From NCBI GenBank assembly GCA_950097015.1, contig CATNEN010000001.1:19282001-19346000 (forward strand): a stretch of 64,000 nucleotides of DNA, in the 5' to 3' direction. Positions 48,834-61,470 of this stretch are shown here, piece by piece; the first letter of the stretch is position 1; each line of letters starts with the position of its first letter. The notes beneath the pieces are model-generated. The model was not told the DNA's origin and ran no database searches. It worked only from the letters and a program-made list of their open reading frames with translations. This stretch comes from Macrostomum hystrix. Lineage: Eukaryota > Animalia > Platyhelminthes. The position numbers and the translations under genes are program-made.

Positions 48834-51800
48834 ATGTCTGAGGGTACAGAATTGCTATCGATTGTGGAGGTGAAAGAAGTTCTTGTAGCAGCACAACGGC
48901 TCAACGAATTGGGTCAGTACAAATGCTTGTCAAATTCGATGAGTGTATTGTACAAAAATGAAATTGGATCAAAGCTATTTTTGCATGGCATTGTCATCTC
49001 TTTTTTCTAACATTTACAGTAATAGAGAATAGAATTAATATTTTTTAATAATCAAATTTATATAATTGTGATGAAATAACTTAATTAATTTTGTCAAACA
49101 TTTTCTTTAATTGCAAAAAAGATTTAAATGGATTTGTAGTAAGGAATTATTGTAATGTTTATAATATTTCTATTATAACTTTTTTAGTTGTTACTTCTAT
49201 TTCTTATAGCTAATATTAATAATTAATTTGTTTTATTTTCACAAACACCATTATTTGCTATAAATTAAATATTTTCTAGTCAAATAAGTCAAATTATCTT
49301 CTCACAGAATATGTAATAATATTTCCTTTATTACATAGAACAATCTAAACTTTATTCGTATAATTTTCCATCACGCAGGAACTCGCATGCGAGCCGAGCC
49401 GTTTGATTTTCGAGAGACTGATGTCGGCCACATCGACGACATCATTGATGCGCTTCACGAATTGGTGAGACCACTGGCTCAAGATTAATTAATGCTCAAG
49501 AGTAACCCTTGCGAGATTTCGTAGCGAACAAAATAACCCTCTTTCTCATTTTTCTCCTCAATTCGCAGGAGCTGCACCGCAACAAGGCTAGAGACATCCT
49601 GGAAACTGAGACCATCAAGTGCTGCGCGGTGCGCCACAAACTGATGCACTATCCAGATGAGATCAACAGGGAGATTCACGGTTGGTGCTTACCGAGTTGC
49701 TGTGCATGTGGACGTGGCCCAACTGGGTCGGGCACTAGAGCACAATAAAATATACAATTTTTGTAAATCTCTTTAAAATACCCGGTAAAAATAGACTGTC
49801 AAGTTAACAGTAGAACTACCAAGGGGGCGGGGAACTCAAGAACACGGGCCAACGAGAATCAAGTCGCCAGCTCTTCAGACCGTCGAGATATTCAATGATT
49901 CTGGCCGAAGGTCAATTTTTTCCATAACCGCATGTGTAATTCAAACACCCTTATATACGAATTAGCACTGCGCCCCAGTGCGGCCTTGCCAGGCCTTCAA
50001 AATTGATCAGCATGTCACCCGAATGTGCCTGCATCAGCTCCGTCTTCGGTGGTCACCTACCATTATCTAGACGGACTGCTGGACCTTCAAGGGCTACAAC
50101 AGGTGGAACTAGGCCACTGTGGACACCCTGACGCGAATTTCTCCAATTTCACAGATCAAACCTAAATATTAGGCGCAGCTCAACCAGTACACAATGGCCT
50201 AGTCTGTCAACCAATCAGTCACCACCCAACGCTGTTGGCATTCAGGCGCTGCCAATTTTTTTTGGGGGGGGGAATATTCCTACTGTCAAGCATCAGAAAA
50301 AAGCCCTGAAAAAACTTTTTACCGTCCCAAACCCCGGCAGAGGCGGTGCGAGCTGCCCGCGCACTCAACGAGGACACAATCAACGGATTGAAGAATCAGC
50401 TGCAGGAGATCTTGGACGAGATTGAATACCTGGAGAATCACGCCAAGGAGCTGGACTCCGAGACGGACGGACTGGCGTGAGACCTTTAAAACAAAAAATC
50501 TTTACATTTTCAGAAGAGCTTGTACCTAGGTCAGATTTTTGTGACGCAATCCGCCCTCAGTCCCGAGCGTGACGTCATCAAGCTGGTTTTCGAAGCCGAA
50601 GTCGCCAAACTCAACGAGCGCCTCGCTGATAAAGCTGGCGAACAGATTTCGCTGAATGAGAACCGGGACACGGTTCGCGCCGCCAACGTCAACATCGTCG
50701 ACCTCGAGGAGGACGTTGTCCGGCTGAAGGAGCGCATGGTGGTGGAACGAGGGGAACACCGGGACACGAAGCAGAAGCTGGCGGATGAGACGGTGAGCGC
50801 TTGGGGATGGGTTAATGGGAGCTCGAAGTAGCGTAGCAGCAGATAGTATCTTAAAATAGTGAGCAATTCGGGCACGGATCAGGAACAGAATCTGGACATG
50901 GGATTTTTTTACTAGAGATGGAATTTAGTTTTACAGGTGGGATCTGGATCTAGACCAAGAGATAGGATCTTCATCTAATAATGGGATCAGGGGCTAGAGA
51001 TGGGATCTGGATCAATAAATGGGATATGAATCAAGAGATGTGATCTGGATCTAGAGATAGTATCTAGATCTAGAGATGGGGATCTGGATCAATAGATGGG
51101 ATATGAATAGAGAGATGGGGATCTGGATCAATAGATGGGATATGAATCGAGAGATGGGGATCTGGATCAATAGATGGGATATGAATCGAGAGATGGGGAT
51201 CTGGATCAATAGATGGGATATGAATCAAGAGATGATCTCGATCTAGAGATAGTATCTAGATCTAGAGATGGGATCGGGATCAATAGATGGGATATGAATC
51301 GAGAGATGGGATCTGGATCAATAGATGTGATATGAATCGAGTGATGGGATCTAGATCCAGAGATGGGATCGGAATCTAGAGATGAGATCGGATCAATAAA
51401 TGAGATTTAGATCGAAAGATCAGACATGAATCAAGATATGGGGATCTGGATCTAGAGATGGGATTGGGATCGATACTCGTAGATGGGATATGAATCGAGA
51501 GATGGGATCTAGATCTAGAGATGGGGATCGGGACAATAAGTGGGGTCCGAATCTAGAGATGGGATCTAGATCTAAAGATGGGATCTGGATCTAAAGATGG
51601 GATCTAGATCTGAAAATCGGATACAAATCTAGAGATGGGATCTAGATTTAGAGATGGGATCTGGATCTAGAGATGGGATCTGGATCTAGAGATGGGATCT
51701 AGATCTGGAGATGGGATCTAGATATAGAGATGGGATCTAGATCTAGAGATGGGATCTGGACTCACTAGGTCATGGGAGGTCAGGGGATCACTATCTAGAG

Positions 51801-54800
51801 GTATTGACAAACCATTCCATTTCCTTGCCGCAACAAACGCTGCAGGCGACCACTGTGCAAAAGTTCAACGCTCAAAAGGAGAAAAACGACGAGAAAAAGC
51901 AGGCGCTGGCTGAAGTCAGCGTCGAGCTGGCCGAGACAACCAAGGAGCGCAACGACCTGACCAAGGTGAGCCGAGTCAACTGAGATGCCTGTCTGTGATG
52001 CCTGAACTTCCTGAAAGGATGTCTGACCTGTCTGAGGTGATGTCCGAACCGCCTGAATGGATATCTGAACTAATTGAAGGGGTGTCTGAACTGCCCGAAA
52101 GGATTCTGAACTACCTGAATGGATGTCTTACCCGAAAGGATGTTAAACTGCCAGAAGGGATGTCTGAACTGCCTGAATGGATGTCTGAACTGCCTGAATG
52201 GATGTCTGAACTGCCTGAAGGGATGTTAAACTGCCTGAAGGGATGTTAAACTGCCTGAAGGGATGTTAAACTGCCTGAATGGATGTTAAACTGCCTGAAG
52301 GGATGTTCAACTGCCTGAAGGGATGTCTAAACTGCCTGAATGGATGTCTGAACTGCCTGAAGGGATGTCTGAACTGCCTGAAGGGATGTTAAACTGCCTG
52401 AAGGGATGTCTGAACTGCCTGAATGGATGTCTGAACTGCCTGAAGGGATGTTAAACTGCCTGAAGGGAACTGCCTGAAGGGATGTCTAACTGTCTGAAGG
52501 ATGTCTAAACTGCCTGGGTCCCTGAGACTCCTTAAGCCTGAAACTAAAGACTCAATGCCCACAATTTCCCCGCCTCTTCCCAACAGCAAAACCAGAAGCT
52601 GGAGCTGAAGAACGCCAGCCTGGAGTCCCAGGAGGCCGACAACCGGCTGAGAATCCAACGCCAGCTGGAGCGCAACAGAATGCTGCGGGATGAAATGTGA
52701 GTGCCGTGCAGCTCGATTCCCAATCGACAAGCTGAAATCCGCAAACCCCAAATCTATATATAATGTAAGATTTTAATTCCGCTGAATCCCGATCCACTAA
52801 ATCAAAATACACTGGATCCTAATCATTTAAATACCAAATCTGAATCAAAATCCTTTGAATCCCAATCCTTTGAATCCCAAAACACTGAATCACAATCCAG
52901 TGGATCCCAAACCACTGAATCACAATCCAGTGGATCCCAAACCACTGAATCCCAATCCACAAGATCCCTATCCACTGAATCCCAATCCACAAGATCCCAA
53001 ACCACTGAATCCCAATCCACAAGATCCCAAACCACTGAATCCCAATCCACAAGATCCCTATTCACTGAATCCCAATCCACAAGATCCCTATCCACCAGAT
53101 CCCAATCCACAAGATCCCAATCCACTGAATCCCAATCCACAAGATCCCAAACCACTGAATCCCAATCCACAAGATCCCAAACCACTGAATCCCAATCCAC
53201 AAGATCCCAAACCACTGAATCCCAATCCACAAGATCCCAAACCACTGAATCCCAATCCACTGAATCCCAATCCACAAGATCCCAATCCACTGAATCCCAA
53301 TCCACAAGATCCCAAACACTGAATCCCAATCCACAAGATCCCAATCCACTGAATCCCAATCCACAAGATCCCAATCCACTGAATCCCAATCCACAAGATC
53401 CCAATCCACTGAATCCCAATCCACAAGATCCCAATCCACTGAATCCCAATCCACAAGATCCCAATCCACTGAATCCCAATCCACAAGATCCCAATCCACT
53501 GAATCCCAATCCACAAGATCCCAATCCACTGAATCCCAATCCACAAGATCCCTATCCACTGAATCCTAAGCCACTAAATCCTAATTATCTGGATCCTAAT
53601 CCACTGAGTCTCTATTCTCTGAATCCCATTTACCTACACCCACCTGACTTACCCATCAACTCACCTTTTCCATGAAATCAAAGCCCGCTAAAAACTTTAT
53701 TCTGCAGTGAGCGAATCCGTCAGCTTAACAAATCGATGACAGAAAATCACCAGAGACTCATGGCCCAGATGAAAAAAACCGTCGAGGATTTCAACGACAA
53801 GAGTAAAAAGCAGGAGAGGCGCCGAGATTTCAGCATTCAGAAGAAAGGAGAGCTCAAAGACGGTGAGTATCGTGAATTGGGGTAAACGATGGTTCCTGAG
53901 CTCGAATACAAACCTCATTTCCTACCGCTTCAGTCCTGGAAGAAGCCCTGCTGGTGAGGGAGCAAGATGCTAAAAAAGTCCGCGAGATGAGCGAAGTGTG
54001 AGTTCATTTTTTCGTGTTTCTTTAGAAATATAAAAAAATTACAAGTATAATATTTACAGTAGAAACCCACGCAATTTACACCCGGGGGAATGACCGGAAA
54101 GTGGGTGTTTCAAATACCCACTGCCTACTACGATAGCTCCCAAACCCAATGACCCATATTCATAAAAGTCTACCATTTAGATTAACATTTTCTGCTCTTT
54201 ACGATGAACTAACTTTAAAGAAGAACCTAGTGACAAGGACAAATAAATATTTATTTGCAAAAGCCTCTTTGGCGAATCCACATCGGTTCAAAATTGTGCA
54301 AATTACCAAAGTAATCAATACATTATATTGATTATGTACTATTCTGGTATTTGAAACATGTGGCTTTTCTACTGTTTAGTGATGCAAAGAGGAACATTCA
54401 GCGCGATGTTTTATTAATGCAGTCAAAATATGAATTGAAACAGATCTTCAATTTCAGCCGGTAAAATATTCGATTTGTGATACTTTTAGGCTAGTCAGTC
54501 GCCCGCATTTCATCGATACAATGATCATTGATAATATTTGACACCACTAATCATTGATAGGTGTCAAAGTCGTTTTATCACCTCGCCACTGTCCTGTCTT
54601 TCAGTTTAACAGATGGATTCAGTGAACTCGATTGAGAATTCGCTCAATGGCAGAATGTACTGAGCGAGCTTGCTGAATAATGAAATTCACTTACACTTTT
54701 GCCACGCACCGTGATCTATTCTGTCGCTTTAATTTCACTCTTATGGATAATTATCTACTCTTCATTTAAGTTGATTAGAAATATTCTTGAAGATTTAGTT

Positions 54801-57800
54801 TTCAACTATCGGGGCGATGTTTCTAGCGGTCTGTACAATGGGCCAGTGTCTTTTTCGCTTTTGCTTCATCAGTCTGCTGATTGGAATTGTCACATTGTAT
54901 AGTTTCTTTTCAATGCTGCACAAGTTGTGGCTTCGTTTTCTGTTAGAGCTACGAGTAGATTCGAAAGGTTTAAAGGCGGTGGCGGCCTGCGGCGAGAGCA
55001 CGTTAATTTGGGGCGCAGTCGCGGAGAGAAGGCTTTGGGGGCTTCTAGTGCAATTCACACCCACGAGGGCCAACCCCCAAGACACAATGAGACAGTCAGC
55101 AGATGTACAGTCCCTGTGTAAGTATCGTGTTTGCGTGTGCTCACGATATGGGATGGTATATCGTGATGGTATCCCACTGATCACGATATGGTCACGACTC
55201 CTCGCTGGCTGTGGATTGACTATCGCCAAAAATAATGTACAAGTGCCCACTGCCCTCCTGCACATATTATTACAATAAGAATCCAGGTGGAAAGTTTTTT
55301 TTCTTATGGTTCTTCTGGAGGAACATAAGGAACACTTGGAGGAACACTTGGTGCTTGGAAATTCAAGATTTTCTGGACCCAATTGTCGTTAACGTTTGAT
55401 CTCCATGAACTACCCGCAGGCTTCAAGAGGCCCGCAACGATTTGGCCTCCAAAGCGGAGGACATTGGGCGGCTGCAGCAGGAGATCATCGACATGGAGAA
55501 CCGCCGAGTTGAGCTGGCTGATGCTCACAGGTGACTGACAAATTACTGCTGCGTTTAGATGCCTGAAAATCAAAATCAGCTAACATAAAATAGCATTAAA
55601 TGTGCATTGTGCATACGGCTTGAGTGCAAGCGCACGTGGCACGGTTTGATTGGCTGGGGAGTTTGCTGTCTGCCCTAAACCGGTCTAGACCGGGATGGGT
55701 GGTTAGCTGTTGACGTGGCTGTCTAAATAAATGAAAAGGTGCGCAGGCCTTTTCATGCCTTGCAATCTTTTCAACCTTCTAAATCACAACCGCTATGGTC
55801 TTCCTTTGGCCACGCTGCCTCAACACAAGCACTAATAGCATTATTACAATTCTAACCATCTTCTGATTGTTAATCTCTGGCTGTTATGCTGACGGCTGTC
55901 GTTTGGAGGTCTTTTAACGATTTTAACCTCCGTGTTCTGTTGATTCTAATTAAATTTCTAGTTTAATACGCTTGTACCATAACGTGACTAAATTTTTCTT
56001 TATAAAAATGAAACATTTTTGACGCCGTGAAAATGCAGGGCCGAGCAGGAGGGCTGGCTGAACCCCAGCGAGCAGTCGGAGGACAGGTATTTCCCACTTC
56101 CCAGCTCCCGTCACTTCTAGAGAACAAAGTAATCTACATTCACCAAATCCCTGAAATAACTCTCCACAAAATCGGGAGAACTCTAAACAGTGCAATTCTC
56201 CCACCTGCCGTCACCGTCAAGCGAGTCGCAGCAGCGGCTGACGCGGCTTTTCCGCGGCGGTCGCCAGCAAAAAATTGGCGCCTTCGATCCGCGCGCCGAC
56301 GCGCAGGAGATCCGGCGCACACTGGAGCTGCACCGGCGCCGGCGAGAGGAGGCGCGCAGGTCGCCGGCCGATTTCGGCTTGTAATTAACGCGGCGGAATC
56401 ACCTTGATTATTACAAGGCGTGTCTGAAAAGTAGCGTTACTTTTACTTGGTGCGGAGATTTGGTGCGCCGCTTCGACACAAGTTTGGTGTCCTTCGAAAG
56501 CCGCATGTATCTTATTTTAAATGATAAAGATTCAACTGATATCGATTTGGATGTATATATGCATTTGAGTAGTGCGAGCGCTTTCAAACGACACCAAACT
56601 TGTGTCCATGCGACTTACTAAAAGTCCGCGGCAAGTTAAAGTAGCAATTATTTTGCGGACAACCCCTCGTAGAAGTGTTGGAAGTGTTGTTTTACTGAAA
56701 CTGTAACTTAAACTGCCATTTCTGTGCATATTCCTATAAGCATTATATCGATTATAAGAAAAGAGAATAGTGTATTGCATTTGCAACCTTAGCTAGAATT
56801 GTGTAACGTTTTCAGTACTAAAAAAGACCAACACTGCTGAGTTACTCTCTATTTTCTTCAGCGCACTCTATTTAATTTCCTAGCCAAGAAAATCTACCAA
56901 ATGACCTCTTTTAGGTCCATCCATTTTAAAGTTGTTATGTTACGCACAAATCATAATTTTGCCAGCACACGAGTAGTGAAAAACTAGAACAACTATTCAC
57001 CTAAATCATGATTCGCTGATAATATATTCACAGGTCCGCTGTGTTGATGTTTAACAAGCAGATCGCCGAAATGAAGGAACAGCTGACCAGAGAGCGAAGC
57101 GAAAGGTGAGATTTCTTCTTCACACTAACAGTAACGTAGCCAGAATGAGCGATAAGGTCTTAGTAAGAAAACAAAATAATTTTCAGAATGACTATTCAGG
57201 ACACAAACGACAAGCTGCAGGACACAATCGACAAGTTCAACAAGGAGCAGAACGCCTTCAATCGCCAGATGAACAAGCTCATCACGGATCTCAAGCACGA
57301 AAATGTCGCGCTTAACGACGAGGTGATTGCACAGCGCCCAATATGACTGTGGCCTCGCCACGGAATTGAGCTTGGTGCACGGAATGTGTTACCGTTCCTC
57401 TACTCACCTCATATGTGTTCTGCAATACCAAATCTCTAATGTGGCAGAGCAAAATAGCTGATTATGGCTCATTTCCCCCCATAATCGTACCCTCCCAGTG
57501 ATTAAAATGTATCACATGAGTAAATGCCAAATCTGTCGCTTATCCCCCTAACAGCACAACCAGCTTGTCGGCAAGATTAAAGAGGATACAGACCGGCGTG
57601 TCAGGCTGGAGGGCGAGATAGAGCATGGACGACGCGACTTCGCGGCCGTGACGAAGCAGAAGGAGGGCGTCATCGACTTCCTCGAGCGAGATCTGCAGCG
57701 ACTTAGCAGCGACAGGGCCCAGCGCAGTCGCGAGCTTGAGGAGCTACTGCCCAAGTTCACCGAGTTTGAAGCCTTCTTCGAGCGCACGCTGGCCGACTAC

Positions 57801-58742
57801 GAAGCGTTGAAGAAGGCGATCGTGGCACTGAAGAATCGCAAGACGGGCCTGGAGGAGAGCTCGCACCGCACTGACTCGCAGATCAGTCAGCTCACTGGCG
57901 AGATCTCGGAGCTGGAGCGGGAGAAGCAGCGGAAGCAGCAGCAGGCAGAGAGGCAGCTTGAGGAGCTGGCTGCGGAGCGGATGACGGCTGAGAAGGACAT
58001 CTACAAGCTCGGCTGCAAGCTCAAGACAGTACTGGAGGAGAACGCCCGGCTCCGCAACGGCATTCAGGGGTGCGCAATCAGGACTAGTGATGATCGCGGG
58101 GGGACCAAAACAACAGCTTGTATGGGGTGTACCAAAAAAGATTATAAAGGGGTATCCCAAATAACAGCTTCCAAAAGGGTCCCAAAATGGTGTAAATAGG
58201 GTTTTCAGAACAACAGTTTTTAATGGGTGTCCCAAAAATACTTTGCGTTGGGTGAAGTAAACAAGTCTGCATAGGTGTCCGAATTTTTTGCTTGCGTGAG
58301 GTGACCCAAAAATAATGTGCATGGGGGGGTGTCCCTAGCGACAGTATGAATGTGGTTATACGAGCTAGTTTTGGGGTTATAGTTTTTAGGGACCAGCTCG
58401 CAAAGCTGCGAGTGCTTACACAGCCGCTGAGAAAGATGAGATCTCTCATTCGATGACAGGTTCGAGCAGCGGATGGGCCGGATGCGACTCACCTGGGAGG
58501 CGGCGCTGCACTCCAAGGTGCGCCAGGAGGAGCGCCGAGTGGCCGCTCGGCAGGGTCTGGAGAGTGGGTGGCGGGATGACGCGGATATGCGCTCGGGATT
58601 CCAGGAGGCCGACCTGCGGCTGTTGGCCAACCTGGCCGACATCGTGGGCGAGACGGAGGCACGTGGCGCGGCGCTGGAGCGAGTCACGGACAGCCTGGTT
58701 GACGAGCTGCGCGGACTGGACGCATTCCTGCAGACAGCCTGA
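48834..58742 (+). CDS. CCDC175: CCDC175-like coiled-coil protein, ~15 exons (e.g. 48834-48912, ~49379-49465, ~49569-49680, 50341-~50476, ~50561-50792, 51846-51965, ~52587-52696, ~53708-53862, ~55421-55529, ~56222-56359, 57034-57105, 57188-~57322, ~57555-58068, 58460-58742)
   Basis: GT-AG-bounded coiled-coil exons. ELHRNKARDILETETIK...PDEINREIH-EAVRAARALN and LNERLADKAGEQISLNE resemble the CCDC175 N-terminus as recalled. AATAAA follows the stop (~58753). Exon edges are approximate. Confidence 0.65.
50900..51760. repeat. ~19-bp intronic minisatellite
   Basis: CTAGAGATGGGATCT(A/G)GAT units. Confidence 0.92.
51990..52515. repeat. 20-21-bp intronic minisatellite
   Basis: AACTGCCTGAAGGGATGT(TA/CTG) units. 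Confidence 0.92.
52850..53600. repeat. 30-bp (2x15) intronic minisatellite
   Basis: CCCAATCCACAAGAT-CCCAATCCACTGAAT units. Confidence 0.97.
56435..56650. repeat. Intronic inverted repeat, MITE-like
   Basis: GACACAAGTTTGGTGTCCTTCGAAAGC (56475-56501) pairs with GCTTTCAAACGACACCAAACTTGTGTC (56580-56607), with a weaker outward extension. Confidence 0.75.
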
Positions 58743-59007
58743 GTAGATTTGTAATAAAAACTCAATTATTATTAATTATTAAGCTACAAGAACTTCCAAG
58801 TTGAGATTAGTTAAAAAACTTGACGCTACCTAAAATTTAACTTTAACTGATGTACAAATATAAAATAAATAAAAAGCCCAAGTTACGATTCGTACATTAT
58901 TTGGCTTTCGTTTTCGCAAACACGAATGAGTTTTATTACAGGCTGAGCATTCAATCAACAAAAAATTTTTTTTTCATCAGTGATGTGTGATTTCTATTCA
59001 CCACTAC

Positions 59008-59170
59008 TCAGTGCTCGGTGAATCAGTGCTAGGTGAATCAGTGCTGGGTGAATCAGTACTGAGTGAATCAGTGCTTGGTAAATGAGCGCTGGGTGAATAA
59101 GTGATGCGTCAATCAGAGCTGGGTGAATTGGTGTTTGATGAATCAGTGACGATTGCTGGGTTAATCAGTG
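59008..59170. repeat. 15-bp minisatellite abutting the LINE 5' end
   Basis: GAATCAGTGCTGGGT units. Confidence 0.9.
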
Positions 59171-59179
59171 TTTCACCAA

Positions 59180-60288
59180 TCCGTCATGAGGGGCGAAACC
59201 AAGGATCTCTGTCAGCATTCCATCATCCAGGACACCCGAGTCAAAGGCATGCGCATCAACTTGACCTTCCGAGTAACTTCTCCAGCCATCCAGGACATCG
59301 ATGACTTCCGTCAAGCTCATTCCAAGCCGTCCAAACCCCTTGACACTTCCGTCTATGAGGTCGTCGAGGTATGTGACCGAACCATCACCGAGGAACAATC
59401 TTCTCCTTCAACTTCTCAACGTCAAGGTAACTCTTCTGTCCACGACAGCCAATTTCCGGACCAGCCACCTTCCAATTCCACTTCTCAGCCGCCGAAAGGC
59501 AAGGTCGCTCCAGTTCTCTTCCTCCTTCCAAAATCGACTCTTGATGAACTTAGGTTCGAGAGGTTCCTTAAGGATAACTTCCCAACAGTCCGCATCAGGT
59601 CCGTCCAACGCTGCTTCTATTCTTCCGGCTTTAAATTCTTTGCTCTTGACTTCCAAGGCTACCAACATCTAACTTCCGACGAGCTTAGGCATCCGACCAT
59701 CGACGGCATCCAGGTAGAGCGCCCGCCTTTCCATCCGACGTGAGGACGCCCAGGTCAACTCCAGGCGCCTTCCTCCAAACATCACGACTCCAAAAGCCTT
59801 GTCCTTTATCATCCGATAGTTATCACTTGCCACAGATCTCAAGGATCTTCTCTTAAGAATCCAGACGGTCGAGCCCAAAGTCTCAGGCATTGTCCGGATC
59901 GTTTCTTCTTCTTCCAACGAGCCGACTCAGTTTGTCCGAGCCTTTACTTCCGACTTTAGTACTCAAGCCCGACGCATCTCCAAAGGTATCCACATAGGCT
60001 TCTTTCACTTCACGAATCACGAATACATCTCCATCACCATTGATACCAATGGCAATGGTAACGAACTTCAGCATCTCAGCATCTCACTCTTCTATAAGGC
60101 CCCAACACCGGAGACCCTCAACACCAGCCTTCTTGACTCTCTTCTCTCATCAAAGTACAGCCTGCTTCTCGGTGATCTCAACTGCAGAATGGCGGCACTC
60201 CAGGGTGGTGAAAGCCCAGAAAATTACACTGGAAAGCTACTCTGCCGATGACTCATAGATTCCGATTCACCTCCCGTGATCGCTTTTA
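59180..60288 (+). mobile_element. Degenerate non-LTR retrotransposon 5' part: AlkB-like C-terminal motif, ORF1-like region and internally deleted APE endonuclease
   Basis: VMRGETKDLCQHSI...RINLTFR; ORF1-like EPTQFVRAF...KGIHIGFFHF; then EYISITI...FYKAP...LLLGDLNC...ENYTGKLL (AP-endonuclease motifs, 60000-60250). Confidence 0.75.
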
Positions 60289-60289
60289 C

Positions 60290-61422
60290 ACAATTTTAAC
60301 ACCACGGGCAGCAATCTGAGCACAACATTCTTCGGAGCTCACCTTGAAGTGATCCAGGCCTTCATTGGGCAACACATCTTCACGCGCCCGCCGGAAGCTA
60401 ACTCGCCTCTATAAGTCGGCATTATTGCTAACAACCTTTATCTGCGATTCGGCCTTACTATTTGGCAAGATGCCTTCATCTGTGCTAATTGGTGCCACCT
60501 GTCGCTCGGGCCTCCTGCCGTAAATAATCCTCACGACTACTGGTATGACATGTACAACAACCAGATACCGTACCAGTTTCAGCCCCTCGCCAGCTTCGAA
60601 CTCCACCGCGCCGTGCCGTACGAATGGGCTCTAGGTCTGGGTAAAGTTGAGGCTGACATCACCGCCGACTACGTTGTGTTTGGCGCAGGCTCATGAATCC
60701 TGCTGGCCTGCACACTAACTACGGCTCTGACAATTATGGCAAGCGAGCGGTGTCACCGCTTTGGTCAAAGCTGGAGCTTTATGGCTACCAAGTCGTTAAT
60801 GCGCTGAATCAGTACTACGACGCGAACGTGGCTGTTGCTATTACGCAATATCAGTTTCCTCACAACCGTTCAGCTAGCCATGTTGCCGGTACGTACGTCG
60901 CGGCACCTCCTCTCGGCGCTCCTGCCATCATTGCTGGTACGCCTTTTCTGAATCCTGCAACTCTGCTTAGTGCTAGCAACTCAAATCACTTCATCATGTC
61001 GCCGTCCATCACAACTGCCAACATGATCCCAGGCCTGTCTGCTTTTCTGTTGAGCATGATAGGCGGGAAGAAGGACTGGAACCTATCTGGCGTGTGCCCA
61101 TCTGCCTTCATGCCTTGCTGCATTGCGCCTTACAATATGGACTTCGGCCTTGCAGCTCTTGTCAGGACAAGTCGGCCAGGACGTGTTGCGTGCTCACCGC
61201 GACAAGGTAGCCGGCGAGGTTGCCAAGGCTATCGAGGCGGTCAAGCGCGGCACAGGAGACCGGCATGTCGAGCGTGAGCAACTGGATGCCCGTGCTGCTG
61301 CTAGCGCCCAAGCGGTTGACAATGCTGTCAACGCCGCCATAAGGGTCGCCAACCAAGCGGCGGGTGAGGCTACCGCTGCGCCGCCTGCACCGGGTAGTGC
61401 GCAGTCTACTGCTTTAAACTAG
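60290..61422 (+). pseudogene. Endogenous totivirus-like capsid (ORF1) C-terminal remnant
   Basis: Long coding-like frame with a premature TAA (~60412) and frameshifts (~60690, ~61160). VPYEWALG motif and Ala-rich tail ending at T TTA AAC TAG directly before the RdRp frame. The capsid call rests mainly on position. Confidence 0.65.
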
Positions 61423-61470
61423 GCTGGGCACGCTTGACCGGGCAGTATAGCAATTGCTGTCTGCTCGGAT
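61413..61470 (+). promoter_or_regulatory. -1 programmed ribosomal frameshift signal (slippery TTTAAAC + downstream stem-loop)
   Basis: T TTA AAC at 61413-61419 is in the correct X XXY YYZ phase. The -1 frame reads open into the 61434 ORF. Hairpin CCGGGCAG-TATAGC-AATT-GCTGT-CTGCTCGG at 61439-61468. Confidence 0.85.

Noticed and set aside
52819-53559. Repetitive ORFs (WDLVDWDSV, GLGSC, NPNPQDP), and likewise those at 45092, 20437, 14905, 10990, 51995 and 19425-20214
   Set aside because: Translations of minisatellites or low-complexity DNA in introns or UTRs.
54699-55382. Overlapping 153-aa and 195-aa ORFs
   Set aside because: They lie in an intron of the CCDC175-like gene and have no recognisable motifs or coding-like composition.
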